DNA of 63,424 bases from a virus (IMGVR_UViG_3300013093_000002:1-63424); one strand, 5' to 3'. Shown: positions 1-9,501, counted from the first letter of the stretch. Notes: a model not told the origin generated them from the letters alone. Numbers and translations are program-made.

Positions 1-123
1 CCATGTTTTAGGCTTAAATGTGCGTGGTTTTTGTGTTGTAAGTGCTTGATTTTAAACGAGGTTCATAGGTTCGGGGTTAGTAAACTTCCGTTATTGTCCC
101 ATGAACCAAGTTTTTGAAATGGA
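1..123. repeat. Terminal direct repeat copy 1 (identical to 63302-63424); circular assembly overlap or short DTR
   Basis: The first 123 nt (ccatgttttaggc...gaaatgga) recur exactly as the last 123 nt. Confidence 0.95.
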
Positions 124-390
124 CTTAGATGTGCTAAGTATATGATTTATATATATAATATATATTTAATATAATAATAGATTGATTAAAAAATAGGCAG
201 GTTCATGAGTTCATATTGACTCACAATAGCGAATGGGTTTGGTCAAAGTAAAATACACTGCGAACTCCGTTCGCACGAAGTCCATTCTCACGAAACCTAG
301 TGTCCTATGTGTTTAAACCATGAACTTATGAACCTTCGTTTAAAATCAATAACTTAGTAAAAGTAAAACATGAACTTGTTCATGAACCAC
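39..390. other. Origin-like noncoding block: inverted repeat, ATGAAC/GTTCAT repeats, IHF-consensus sites, AT-rich core
   Basis: 40-72 and 322-355 form an imperfect inverted repeat of about 34 bp. WATCAANNNNTTR matches at 39-51 (- strand) and 344-356 (+ strand). There is an AT-only run at about 145-179. The origin role is inferred. Confidence 0.5.
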
Positions 391-448
391 ATTTAGAGCT
401 TGGTCTTATACTTAGTAACTGGTTTCTAAAAACTGGTTTCACAGGGCG

Positions 449-474
449 AAAAAAAAGCCCACCGAAGTGGGCTT
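449..474 (-). terminator. Rho-independent terminator of the 498-1160 gene
   Basis: Minus strand reads AAGCCCAC-TTCG-GTGGGCTT followed by a T run. Confidence 0.9.
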
Positions 475-497
475 AGTTTCAAACTTGATGGACTAGG

Positions 498-1160
498 TTA
501 TGCTTTGCTATATTTAGCTATAACATCATCAAAAAGTTTCTTTAATAATACAGGGTTTTCATCATCAAACTTTTCAGACTTAGTTAAAATCTTTTCAAGG
601 TCTTTTACTAGGTCAAAGGTTGCAACCTTAGGTTCGGACTCGGTTGTATCAAAAAGTTTTTTAGCTGTATCTTGAAGTCTTTTGATAACTGTATTTACCT
701 GACCAACTACTTTATCTTTTCGACTTTGTAACATACCAGCGATAGCCTTGCCATCATCTTTACCAAAATCTAAGTCACCTCTTTTTAAGGGTTTGAAATC
801 AGTAGTTGCTAACCAATTATTACTAGCATGGACTTTGTGACCTGTATGCTTTTCATAACTAGCCTTGCTAATATAAGTCCAATTGTTTTCAACCTTAGCT
901 AAATAACACTCATTAGCTTTACCCTCATCACTTTTTGAATAAGCATCAACTACGCCACTTTTCAAGCCTTGATACATCATAACAGGCAACTTGCTAGGTG
1001 TTACCATGTAAAACTCAAGACACGCATTATAACACTTAGTTGCTAAGTCCACTTTTGTGGACTCAGTTGTAAATGCTCGTTCGCCTATTGTATAAAACTG
1101 AGCAACTGATGAACCCTCTGCTAAACTTGCAATAACTTCTTTTTTTACTGATGTAACCAT
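498..1160 (-). CDS. Hypothetical early protein (220 aa), monocistronic unit
   Basis: Long ORF with an AAGGA RBS, an upstream sigma70-like promoter and its own terminator. No family recognised. Confidence 0.8.
   Translation of the reverse strand: MVTSVKKEVIASLAEGSSVAQFYTIGERAFTTESTKVDLATKCYNACLEFYMVTPSKLPVMMYQGLKSGVVDAYSKSDEGKANECYLAKVENNWTYISKASYEKHTGHKVHASNNWLATTDFKPLKRGDLDFGKDDGKAIAGMLQSRKDKVVGQVNTVIKRLQDTAKKLFDTTESEPKVATFDLVKDLEKILTKSEKFDDENPVLLKKLFDDVIAKYSKA
1046..1063. repeat. Early-region palindrome copy (inside CDS)
   Basis: AGTCCAC-TTTT-GTGGACT. Confidence 0.8.
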
Positions 1161-1217
1161 GATATGTATTTCCTTATAAAGTTAAAAAATATGTATTGAT
1201 GTTATCTCCACAATTTA

Positions 1218-1245
1218 ATTATGAACCATGTATCTATTTTGTCAA
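1218..1245 (-). promoter_or_regulatory. Sigma70-type leftward promoter
   Basis: Minus strand TTGACA-16 nt-CATAAT upstream of the 1160 start. Confidence 0.6.
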
Positions 1246-1273
1246 GCAAAGTGAGCATTGATGGACTATGTAA

Positions 1274-1295
1274 CCCACCCTATACCCACCTACCC
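1274..1295 (-). other. G-quadruplex-consensus motif
   Basis: Minus strand GGG-TAGGT-GGG-TATA-GGG-T-GGG. Confidence 0.5.
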
Positions 1296-1477
1296 AAAAG
1301 TTTAAGAAGGAGTCCCGTTGCCCTATGCACTTAGTCTTACACAAATAGTAGGCACAAATTCAAAACCCTGAAATAAAGAAGTACCCCGGTTGCTTAAAAA
1401 ATAGGCAAATCAAAAAATATTTTGCGCAAAAATTTGAAAACTCTGATAGAATGCCTTTAATACTTTGAGGAGGTTAT

Positions 1478-1783
1478 ATGCCAACCATAGAACAGTCGTT
1501 TAGAAAAAAACGTGTTAACTTAAAATTACGATATAAAATATCCTTAGAAGACTATGAAAATATGTACCATACTCAAGAAGGCTGCTGTGCTATATGTGGT
1601 AAGCACAACAAAGATAATTTCATAGGTAAAAGACAAGTAAGCCTAGCAGTAGACCACTGCCATAACTCAAATAAAATAAGAGAACTACTATGTAGTAATT
1701 GTAATCTTGTAATTGGTAATGCTAAAGAAAGTATAGAAGTATTAGAAAAGGCTATAGAGTATTTAAAGAAACATCAGATTTAA
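1478..1783 (+). CDS. Endonuclease VII-family (His-Me finger) nuclease, probably homing-type
   Basis: CAIC...LAVDHCH...RELLCSNCN..IG pattern typical of the recombination endonuclease VII family. Confidence 0.9.
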   Translation: MPTIEQSFRKKRVNLKLRYKISLEDYENMYHTQEGCCAICGKHNKDNFIGKRQVSLAVDHCHNSNKIRELLCSNCNLVIGNAKESIEVLEKAIEYLKKHQI

Positions 1784-1837
1784 AAGTGTTTGCCTGGTTT
1801 TCACTCAAAACAACAAAATACAGGCAAAGAATGAAAA

Positions 1838-2182
1838 CTAAATAGCTTTAGGGTCGAAGTTATAAACCTCTGAGTAAACATCTTTAATACGTAAGAACTT
1901 AGGTCCATGTTCATCAAAGTCTTTATCTCCTCGAACGTAGAGAGCTAAGTGAACCATCTCGTGAAGTAGGGTTTGGAATATAGTTGTAAAGTGTCCGCAT
2001 GAAGCCCTACTAATATGTATTTCCATTTCAATCTCATCAAAACATCCATAAATACCTGGGTTCTTAATCACCACAAATCTAACCTTTGAAGACTTAGGCA
2101 TTTTAAGTTTATTAAAAGGCGGCAATTGACATGCCATATTATAGAGTATCTCTAAGTTCTTTGGAGTGAGCGTTGTTTTCAT
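1838..2182 (-). CDS. SprT-like zinc metalloprotease
   Basis: TLLHEMVH (HEXXH) followed by HGPKF. Confidence 0.8.
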   Translation of the reverse strand: MKTTLTPKNLEILYNMACQLPPFNKLKMPKSSKVRFVVIKNPGIYGCFDEIEMEIHISRASCGHFTTIFQTLLHEMVHLALYVRGDKDFDEHGPKFLRIKDVYSEVYNFDPKAI

Positions 2183-2210
2183 AGGTTTTACTCTTGTGGG
2201 GGATGAATAT

Positions 2211-2257
2211 ATTATACCAAATTAAACATTGTATGGTACTACATTATTGGTTATATT
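2211..2257. promoter_or_regulatory. Back-to-back promoters (SprT-like gene leftward, terminase operon rightward)
   Basis: Minus strand extended -10 TGGTATAAT at 2211-2219. Plus strand TTGTAT-17 nt-TATATT at 2229-2257. Confidence 0.45.
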
Positions 2258-2303
2258 ATGTCAATAGCTGCAAAATTCTATTCAAAGGTGTAATCAGCGA
2301 CAC

Positions 2304-2903
2304 ATGGTAAGTAAAAAGATACAAGAAGTTCCCGAAGACGACGGATTTAATTCAGTAATCATGATGCCTGACATCGATGAGGACGTCCCTTTACCTAAAA
2401 ATGCTTCTGATGCTATGCCCGAACTAAGTGTCGATGAAGAAATTAAAATGCGAGCCAGTACTATAAAGTTAATATCAGATTTAAAAGGTGAGAATATAGA
2501 ACCTGATAAGAACGATATTAGAGAAGCAACTAGGTTAGCACAAGAGATGATAAGTAATCCTGATATAAGACCTGAGTTTGCCCACTACCCAAATGAAACG
2601 ATGGCGTTCCTAGCAGGACTCGTTGCACAAAGTAACTGTATGATTGTGAAAGACTTAGCAGAATTTAAGATGTACGTCGTTAATAATTTAGTCCGCTTGG
2701 CAGAGGGAGCTAAGAATGATAAGGATAAGATTGCTGCGTTAAAAGCGATTGGTGAAGTAGACGGTGTAGATGCGTTTAAACGTAAATCAGAAATTACACA
2801 CATATCTAAATCTATGGAAGAAGTAGAAGACAGTCTATTAAAAACATTAGCAAGTATTGAAGGCAAGATTATAGATGTAGAAGAAGTTGTTGATGAAGAA
2901 TAG
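2304..2903 (+). CDS. Putative terminase small subunit
   Basis: Directly upstream of and overlapping terL; helical 199-aa protein. Function assigned by synteny. Confidence 0.6.
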   Translation: MVSKKIQEVPEDDGFNSVIMMPDIDEDVPLPKNASDAMPELSVDEEIKMRASTIKLISDLKGENIEPDKNDIREATRLAQEMISNPDIRPEFAHYPNETMAFLAGLVAQSNCMIVKDLAEFKMYVVNNLVRLAEGAKNDKDKIAALKAIGEVDGVDAFKRKSEITHISKSMEEVEDSLLKTLASIEGKIIDVEEVVDEE

Positions 2904-4428
2904 AAAGTTAACACCTGAAGATATTATTAAATTAAAGAATGCGCTTCCTCATATGACTGAGGAAATGAAACGCAAGACTGAATTAGAGTTAGCAGAGTAC
3001 GATAAGAAGTTAACACAAAAAGTAGGAAAGGTTAGGTTTTTAGATTTTGTTAAACATGTATATCCTGGTTATAAAGTTGGTGCACACCATAAGCACTTGG
3101 CTCAAATCTTTGAAGACATTGCTGCAGGCAAAAAGAAGAGAGTCATTGTTAACATTGCTCCAAGGCACGGGAAGTCTGAGCTTATATCATATCTTGCTCC
3201 TGCCTGGTTTCTGGGAAAGTACCCAGATAAGAAAATTATTATGGCGTCACATACTGCTGACCTTGCTGTTAACTTTGGACGCCGTGTGCGTAACCTTGTT
3301 GGTAGTGAGTTGTATAAAGATATATTTCCTACAGTAGAGTTACAGGCGGATAGTAAAAGTGCATCACGATGGGGGACTAATTTTAATGGCGAGTACTTTG
3401 CTATCGGTGTGGGGGGCGCTCTTGCTGGGCGCGGCGCCGATCTTTTTATTATCGATGATCCTCATTCAGAACAGGATGCGAAGCTTGGACGTCCGGATGT
3501 TTTTCTACCTGCTTATGAGTGGTTTCAGTCTGGTCCTCTTCAGCGTCTTATGCCTGGTGGAGCGATTATTGTAGTAATGACAAGATGGTCTAAGTTAGAT
3601 TTAACTGGGCAGATTGTTAATCAGATGGTAAAGAATGAAGGATCGGAAGAGTGGGAAGTAGTAGAGTTCCCAGCGATCATAGAAAATAAAGATGGTGAAG
3701 AAAAAAGTTTATGGCCTGAGTTCTGGCCACTAGAAGAATTATTAGCTAAGAAACAAGCACTTGATGTACGTTACTGGAATGCGCAGTATTTACAAAACCC
3801 TACATCAGAAGAAGGTGCACTAATTAAAAGAGAATGGTGGAACATATGGGAGAAAGATATGCCTCCTCAATGCGAGTTCACCATCATGAGTTTAGACGCA
3901 GCACAAGAAGCAAACAATAGAGCGGACTATAACGCGCTCACGACTTGGGGCGTCTTCTTTAATGAAGAGACAAATAACTATAACATTATTCTTTTAAACT
4001 CTATTAAGGAACGGTTGGAGTATCCTGAGTTAAAAGATTTAGTGATACGTGAATATAAAGATTGGGAACCTGATGCATTCATTGTGGAAAAGAAATCTAA
4101 CGGTGCTGTACTTTATCAAGAGATGCGTCGCATGGGTATACCTGTGGGTGAATTTACTCCTGGTAAAGGGCAAGACAAAATATCAAGAGTTAATGCAGTA
4201 TCAGATCTTTTCAGATCAGGAATTGTTTGGATTCCCGATAGACGATGGGCAAAAGAAGTTGTAGAAGAATGTAATGACTTTCCAAGTGGTGCTAATGATG
4301 ACTTGGTTGACTCGACAACACTAGCATTAATGCGGTTTAGACAAGGTGGGTTTATTAGATTACCAAGTGATGAACCTGAAGATATAGCAAGTTATAAAGG
4401 TAATAGGAATAGGTTGTACTTAGTATGA
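2887..4428 (+). CDS. terL: Terminase large subunit
   Basis: Walker A IAPRHGKS, Walker B IIDDP, coupling motif MTRW, RNase H-like nuclease domain with SLDAA and NDDLVDS. Confidence 0.97.
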   Translation: MLMKNRKLTPEDIIKLKNALPHMTEEMKRKTELELAEYDKKLTQKVGKVRFLDFVKHVYPGYKVGAHHKHLAQIFEDIAAGKKKRVIVNIAPRHGKSELISYLAPAWFLGKYPDKKIIMASHTADLAVNFGRRVRNLVGSELYKDIFPTVELQADSKSASRWGTNFNGEYFAIGVGGALAGRGADLFIIDDPHSEQDAKLGRPDVFLPAYEWFQSGPLQRLMPGGAIIVVMTRWSKLDLTGQIVNQMVKNEGSEEWEVVEFPAIIENKDGEEKSLWPEFWPLEELLAKKQALDVRYWNAQYLQNPTSEEGALIKREWWNIWEKDMPPQCEFTIMSLDAAQEANNRADYNALTTWGVFFNEETNNYNIILLNSIKERLEYPELKDLVIREYKDWEPDAFIVEKKSNGAVLYQEMRRMGIPVGEFTPGKGQDKISRVNAVSDLFRSGIVWIPDRRWAKEVVEECNDFPSGANDDLVDSTTLALMRFRQGGFIRLPSDEPEDIASYKGNRNRLYLV

Positions 4429-4664
4429 AACCTGAATATAGCGAAGAATTTAAATGGTGGTATGAAAGAGTATTTTTACAAAGCCCTAGTATGTGTGAAC
4501 TTAAATACGACGATGAAAAGATGTGGGAAGCTTGGAAAGAAGGATATAAGTTAGGTCGTAACAATGCTTATAAAAGAAAAGATATCCCTATTGAAATTTT
4601 TACTATACCAAAAGAAAAACATATACACGCGATGAATAAAGATAAGGATAAGGATAAAGAATGA
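4425..4664 (+). CDS. Hypothetical protein
   Basis: ORF overlapping both neighbours in operon style. Confidence 0.6.
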   Translation: MKPEYSEEFKWWYERVFLQSPSMCELKYDDEKMWEAWKEGYKLGRNNAYKRKDIPIEIFTIPKEKHIHAMNKDKDKDKE

Positions 4665-5293
4665 AAATCTATTTTAATAAACCTAAAGATAATTGGATAT
4701 CACCTTACACAATTATTGAGAAGATAATCTTTTGGCGTGAGATTAACTATGATGAGCCATTAGTTGAGAACATAATCAAGTATACACATCTTGACTTCTT
4801 TTGCTCAATCTTATTTGATATACGTCAGTTCTTTAATAGAGATATTCGCTACGTTAAGATTGATAAGTGGGATACATGGTCCATGGATAGCACACTCACT
4901 CGTATTATCTTACCTATGCTTAAACAACTTAAGAAGGATAAGCATGGTGCACCTCATGTAGATAACGAAGACGTGCCAGCAAACCTACGAGATAAACGTA
5001 GAGTGTTACCAAAGAACGGTGAAACAGACAAAAACTGGTTCAAACGTTGGGACCATGTGTTAAACGAGATGATATGGTCATTCACCGAACTAAACAAACC
5101 TGATTGGGCTGACCAATTCTGGACAGGTAAAATAGACCATAAATGGATTAAAAAGGATGATGGTAATTATGAATTGAAAAAAGGTCCTAAGCACACATTG
5201 AAATTTGATAAGAAAGGACATGCTAAACATTGGGCTCGTATTCAAAATGGTCTAAGACTATTTGGAAAATATTATACGGCGTTGTGGGACTAA
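4661..5293 (+). CDS. Conserved phage hypothetical protein
   Basis: DTWSMDSTL...PMLKQLK...EMIWSF...GLRLFGKYY..LWD pattern recalled from phage hypothetical proteins. Confidence 0.75.
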   Translation: MKIYFNKPKDNWISPYTIIEKIIFWREINYDEPLVENIIKYTHLDFFCSILFDIRQFFNRDIRYVKIDKWDTWSMDSTLTRIILPMLKQLKKDKHGAPHVDNEDVPANLRDKRRVLPKNGETDKNWFKRWDHVLNEMIWSFTELNKPDWADQFWTGKIDHKWIKKDDGNYELKKGPKHTLKFDKKGHAKHWARIQNGLRLFGKYYTALWD

Positions 5294-5297
5294 GATA

Positions 5298-6278
5298 ATG
5301 ATTTCAATTAAAGACAATGTAATATCACGTGATAAATTAAAACTATGTCATGCATGGTTAGACAAAGCTAACTGGGTTTATGGTTGGCCATCTAATACAG
5401 ATATGCAGTTTGGACATTGGAATGTAGACATTGCTAAAACGGCTATTACAAATACAACAGAAATAAAAGATAGATTGCCACAAGCATTTAAAGAAGTATG
5501 GAAAGATTTAAATAATAAACTATATAAAGATAAAGCAACACTTATCCGCTGCTATTCTAATCGACATACATTTGGTACAGAAGGCTATATTCATACAGAT
5601 ACTAAACGTAAAGAGGATCATACTATAGTAATTTACTTAGATGATTGGAATGCAAATTGGGGTGGCGAGACAATGTTCTATGACCCACTTAAAACAGAAA
5701 TTATTAAATCAGTTATACCTAGTTATGGCAAAGTAGTTTCATTCCCAGGAACTATACCCCACAAAGCGGCAGCTATATCTAGGATATGTAGTAAAGTTAG
5801 AACGACGTTAATGTTTAAAGCAACGATAGACCCCAAAGCAATCTATGAAGCTGAAGAATTATTAACAGAGTTCTTAAAAGAAATTGGTGCTGATAAGAAG
5901 CCTCATAAGAACGGATCGTTGATGGATCACTTGATACGGGTGTTTCACATACTAAAATCTGTAGGGGCTAATGATATACTAGCGCTAGCTGGCGGTTTAC
6001 ATTCTATATATGGAACAAATGCTTACAAGACTGGGTGTTTATCATACACAAGTTGGAAAGTAGAACAAACATTTGGACCTGAAGTAGATAGATTAGTAAA
6101 ACTATTTAGTAAATTAGATAGACCCAATGCATTAGAAAATCCGGACGGTTCATTAAGCGAGTTAGACTTATTCTTAATGAGATCAATAGAGTGCGCAAAT
6201 CTATACGATCAAAGTGAACTAGACGCAGAAAAATACCCTAACTTGCATGAATTCGTGAAAATATTTAAAAAAGGATAA
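5298..6278 (+). CDS. 2OG-Fe(II) oxygenase fused to a DUF6817/HD-like domain
   Basis: HTD...WGGETMF...VSFPGTIPH...R in the N-half; HKNGSLMDHL...AGGLHSIYGT in the C-half. Start placed at the ATG just after the upstream stop. Confidence 0.8.
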   Translation: MISIKDNVISRDKLKLCHAWLDKANWVYGWPSNTDMQFGHWNVDIAKTAITNTTEIKDRLPQAFKEVWKDLNNKLYKDKATLIRCYSNRHTFGTEGYIHTDTKRKEDHTIVIYLDDWNANWGGETMFYDPLKTEIIKSVIPSYGKVVSFPGTIPHKAAAISRICSKVRTTLMFKATIDPKAIYEAEELLTEFLKEIGADKKPHKNGSLMDHLIRVFHILKSVGANDILALAGGLHSIYGTNAYKTGCLSYTSWKVEQTFGPEVDRLVKLFSKLDRPNALENPDGSLSELDLFLMRSIECANLYDQSELDAEKYPNLHEFVKIFKKG

Positions 6279-6281
6279 CGT

Positions 6282-8852
6282 ATGGCAAATATAGATAAAG
6301 GTTTATACCAAGCACCTCAAGGTTTAGAACAATTAGCACAAGGTCAACCTGATATTGAAATCGAGGTTGTAGATCCAGAAGCAGTGCACATCGGCATTGA
6401 CGGAATGGAAATTGATATTGGACGTCAACAAGAAACGTCTGAAGACTTTAATGATAACTTAGCTGAACATCTTGACGAAGGTGTATTAGAAGAATTATCA
6501 GGTGATTTACTCGGTGAATACGAAGCAGATATCTCAGCTCGTAAAGATTGGCTAGATACTTACGTAGATGGACTTGAACTACTTGGTATGAAAGTAGAAG
6601 ATAGAACAGAACCATGGCCAGGTGCATGCAATGTGTACCATCCGTTAATGACTGAGGCATTAGTTAAATTCCAAGCAGAGACTATGATGGAAACGTTTCC
6701 AGCGGCAGGTCCTGTAAAGACAAAGATTGTAGGTAAAGATACCCCAGAAAAAGAAGATGCGGCAGAACGTGTTAAAGAAGATATGAACTATCAGTTAACC
6801 GAGAAGATGCCAGAGTACAGACCTGAACATGAACGTATGTTATGGGGACTAGGGTTAGCAGGTAATGCGTTCAAGAAAATTTATTTTGATCCATCATTGG
6901 ATCGTCAAGCAGCTGTGTTTATTCCAGCAGAAGATATCGTCGTTCCATATGGCGCGTCTAATTTAGAAACAGCAGAACGTGTAACACATAGAATGCGTAA
7001 GACTAAGAATGAGTTACGTAAACTTATGGTTGCTGGGTTCTATCGTGATATTGACTTAGGTGAACCTGCAAACGATATTGATGAAGTTGAGAAAAAGATT
7101 GCAGAGAAGATGGGATTCAATGCGTCTAACGATGACCGATACCAAATCTTAGAGATGCATGTTAACCTAGACTTAGAAGGTTTTGAAGATGTAGACAAAG
7201 ACGGACATCCAACGGGTATTGCACTACCATACGTAGTGACAATTGAAAAAGGTACAGGCGCTATATTATCTATTCGTCGTAACTGGGACCCTGAAGATGA
7301 GATGATGTTAAAACGTCAACACTTCGTCCATTATGGTTACATACCAGGTTTTGGCTTTTATTGTTTTGGTTTAATCCACTTAATCGGAGCATTTGCTAAG
7401 TCAGGTACAATGATACTTCGTCAGTTAGTAGATGCAGGTACACTAAGTAATTTACCTGGTGGTCTCAAGTCACGTGGGCTACGAATTAAAGGCGATGATA
7501 CACCTATTGCTCCAGGTGAGTTTAGGGATGTGGATGTGCCAAGTGGTTCTATCAGAGATAACATCTTACCTCTTCCATACAAAGAACCAAGTCAAGTATT
7601 AAGTATGTTAATGAACCAAATCATTGACGAAGGTAGACGGTTTGCAAGTGCAGCTGATTTACAAGTATCCGATATGTCAGCAAACTCTCCAGTAGGTACA
7701 ACACTAGCAATTCTAGAACGTACTTTAAAAGTGATGAGCGCTGTTCAAGCTCGTATTCACTATGCTATGAAACAAGAGTTTAAATTACTTGCAGGCATTA
7801 TCCGTGATTATACGCCTAGAGAATATAGCTATGATCCTGATGTAGGAGATAGAAAAGCTAAACAATCAGATTACGACTGTGTAGAAGTTATACCTGTATC
7901 TGATCCAAACGCTGCAACAATGTCACAGAAAGTAGTTCAATATCAAGCGGTCATGCAAATGGCACAAGCAAATCCACAAATCTATGATATGGTCGAACTC
8001 AATAAGCAAATGTTAGAAGTGTTGGGCGTTAAGAATATTGGTAAACTTATTCCTGCAGCGGATGAACAACTACCGCACGATCCTGTATCTGAGAACATGG
8101 CTATATTTAATTTAAAACCAGTTAAGGCATTTATATACCAAGACCATCAAGCTCATATTCAAGTGCACCAAGCTGCAATGCAAGATCCTATCATTATGCA
8201 ATCACTTGGTCAAAACCCACAGGCACAAGCAATGATGGCAGCAGCACAAGCTCATATTGCAGAACATATTGGCTTTGAATATAGAAAACAAATTGAACAA
8301 CAGTTAGGTGTAGGACTTCCAGCTCCTGATAAGAAATTATCTCCTGATGAAGAAGTTCAGTTATCTCAACTCATATCTAAAGCGGCTTCACAGTTATTAC
8401 AAAATAACCAAGCACAACAACAGCAACAACAAGCTCAGCAACAAGCTCAAGATCCGTTGATTCAAATGCAACAACAAGAACTTCAAATTAAGCAACAAGA
8501 AGTTCAAATCAAGGCTCAACAAGTTCAAGCTCAAATTCAGATGGAACAACAAAAACTCCAAACTGAAATCCAACATGAACAACAAAAAATTGAGTTAGAG
8601 AAAATGAAATTAACTTCTCAAGAGAAAATTGCTGGTGCTACATTAGGCGCTAAGGTTGTTATGGATAATAAGAAAACTGACACTCAAGTAGCTATGGACC
8701 AAGCTAAGATTAAAACTCAAATGTTACATGAAGGTATGAAGTTTGGTGCTGAGCAAGTACATAAAAATACTGAGCATCAGTTATCTTTAGCACAAATGAA
8801 ACATGAAAAGGAAATCCAAGATAGTATAAATAAACAACAACCTAAGGAGTAA
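6282..8852 (+). CDS. Portal protein (P22-like) with Q-rich coiled-coil C-terminus
   Basis: Size, position after terL, PWPGACNVYHP...KFQAE and GFYCFGL motifs, long C-terminal barrel. Confidence 0.9.
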   Translation: MANIDKGLYQAPQGLEQLAQGQPDIEIEVVDPEAVHIGIDGMEIDIGRQQETSEDFNDNLAEHLDEGVLEELSGDLLGEYEADISARKDWLDTYVDGLELLGMKVEDRTEPWPGACNVYHPLMTEALVKFQAETMMETFPAAGPVKTKIVGKDTPEKEDAAERVKEDMNYQLTEKMPEYRPEHERMLWGLGLAGNAFKKIYFDPSLDRQAAVFIPAEDIVVPYGASNLETAERVTHRMRKTKNELRKLMVAGFYRDIDLGEPANDIDEVEKKIAEKMGFNASNDDRYQILEMHVNLDLEGFEDVDKDGHPTGIALPYVVTIEKGTGAILSIRRNWDPEDEMMLKRQHFVHYGYIPGFGFYCFGLIHLIGAFAKSGTMILRQLVDAGTLSNLPGGLKSRGLRIKGDDTPIAPGEFRDVDVPSGSIRDNILPLPYKEPSQVLSMLMNQIIDEGRRFASAADLQVSDMSANSPVGTTLAILERTLKVMSAVQARIHYAMKQEFKLLAGIIRDYTPREYSYDPDVGDRKAKQSDYDCVEVIPVSDPNAATMSQKVVQYQAVMQMAQANPQIYDMVELNKQMLEVLGVKNIGKLIPAADEQLPHDPVSENMAIFNLKPVKAFIYQDHQAHIQVHQAAMQDPIIMQSLGQNPQAQAMMAAAQAHIAEHIGFEYRKQIEQQLGVGLPAPDKKLSPDEEVQLSQLISKAASQLLQNNQAQQQQQQAQQQAQDPLIQMQQQELQIKQQEVQIKAQQVQAQIQMEQQKLQTEIQHEQQKIELEKMKLTSQEKIAGATLGAKVVMDNKKTDTQVAMDQAKIKTQMLHEGMKFGAEQVHKNTEHQLSLAQMKHEKEIQDSINKQQPKE

Positions 8853-8855
8853 TAA

Positions 8856-9047
8856 ATGGATCAAACGCTTCAACTATTAATGTCTCAGATAGAAGAACGA
8901 CGCAAACAGATGTTAGAAGGAATTGGGGACGGAGCTGCAAAAGATTTTGCTTCGTACCAACATGCATGTGGGTATATTCGAGGTCTACTCACTGTACAAG
9001 GGTTAATTGCAGATCTCGCACAAAGAATGGAGACATTTGATGAATGA
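8856..9047 (+). CDS. Small conserved head-module protein
   Basis: AGGAG RBS; lies between portal and the GroES-like gene. Confidence 0.75.
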   Translation: MDQTLQLLMSQIEERRKQMLEGIGDGAAKDFASYQHACGYIRGLLTVQGLIADLAQRMETFDE

Positions 9048-9492
9048 TAACGTGCTTACGTTAAATCAAGGGTTAATTGGTCCAGATGGCCGACCCCTTG
9101 CAGTACCAAAGATTGATGCAGCACCAGCACCAGAAGATATACCAATTGAAGAAAGAGGTTTACAACTTCCTATTCCAAAAGGTTATAGACTTTTATGTGC
9201 TATTCCAGAAGCATCAGACTTTTTAGGAAAATCAGGTTTAATTAAATCAGAAGCTACTAAGAAGGTGGAAGAAAACTCTACTGTTGTTTTATTTGTATTA
9301 GCAGTAGGTGACATGGCTTATAAGGATGAAACAAGATTCCCTACAGGTCCATGGTGTAAAGAAGGTGACTTTATTTTGACACGTGCATATGCAGGTACAA
9401 GATTTATGATCCACGGAAGAGAATTTAGAATCATTAACGATGATACCGTTGAGGGTGTAGTTTTAGATCCTCGTGGTTACACACGCGCATAG
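9040..9492 (+). CDS. groES: GroES/Cpn10-like co-chaperonin
   Basis: PKGYRLL...SGLI...VLAVGD...KEGDFI...YAGTRF...EFRIINDD; GGAG RBS before ATG 9040. Confidence 0.85.
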   Translation: MNDNVLTLNQGLIGPDGRPLAVPKIDAAPAPEDIPIEERGLQLPIPKGYRLLCAIPEASDFLGKSGLIKSEATKKVEENSTVVLFVLAVGDMAYKDETRFPTGPWCKEGDFILTRAYAGTRFMIHGREFRIINDDTVEGVVLDPRGYTRA

Positions 9493-9501
9493 GAGAAACA
9501 T

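Noticed and set aside
1-123. 123-bp end repeat as a proven physical terminal repeat
   Set aside because: It cannot be distinguished from an assembler circularisation overlap without reads.
2267-2300. Short GCTG/CAGC stem in the terminase small subunit leader
   Set aside because: Pairing is too weak to call from a single sequence; covariation data would be needed.
2585-4564. Short overlapping or antisense ORFs in the track (e.g. 2585-2914, 3047-3337, 3359-3574, 4049-4264, 4355-4564 and similar ones elsewhere)
   Set aside because: They are shadow frames of well-supported genes, with no RBS or recognisable motif.
8400-8600. Poly-Gln CAA-rich stretch in the portal gene
   Set aside because: It is a typical low-complexity coiled-coil barrel of P22-like portals.
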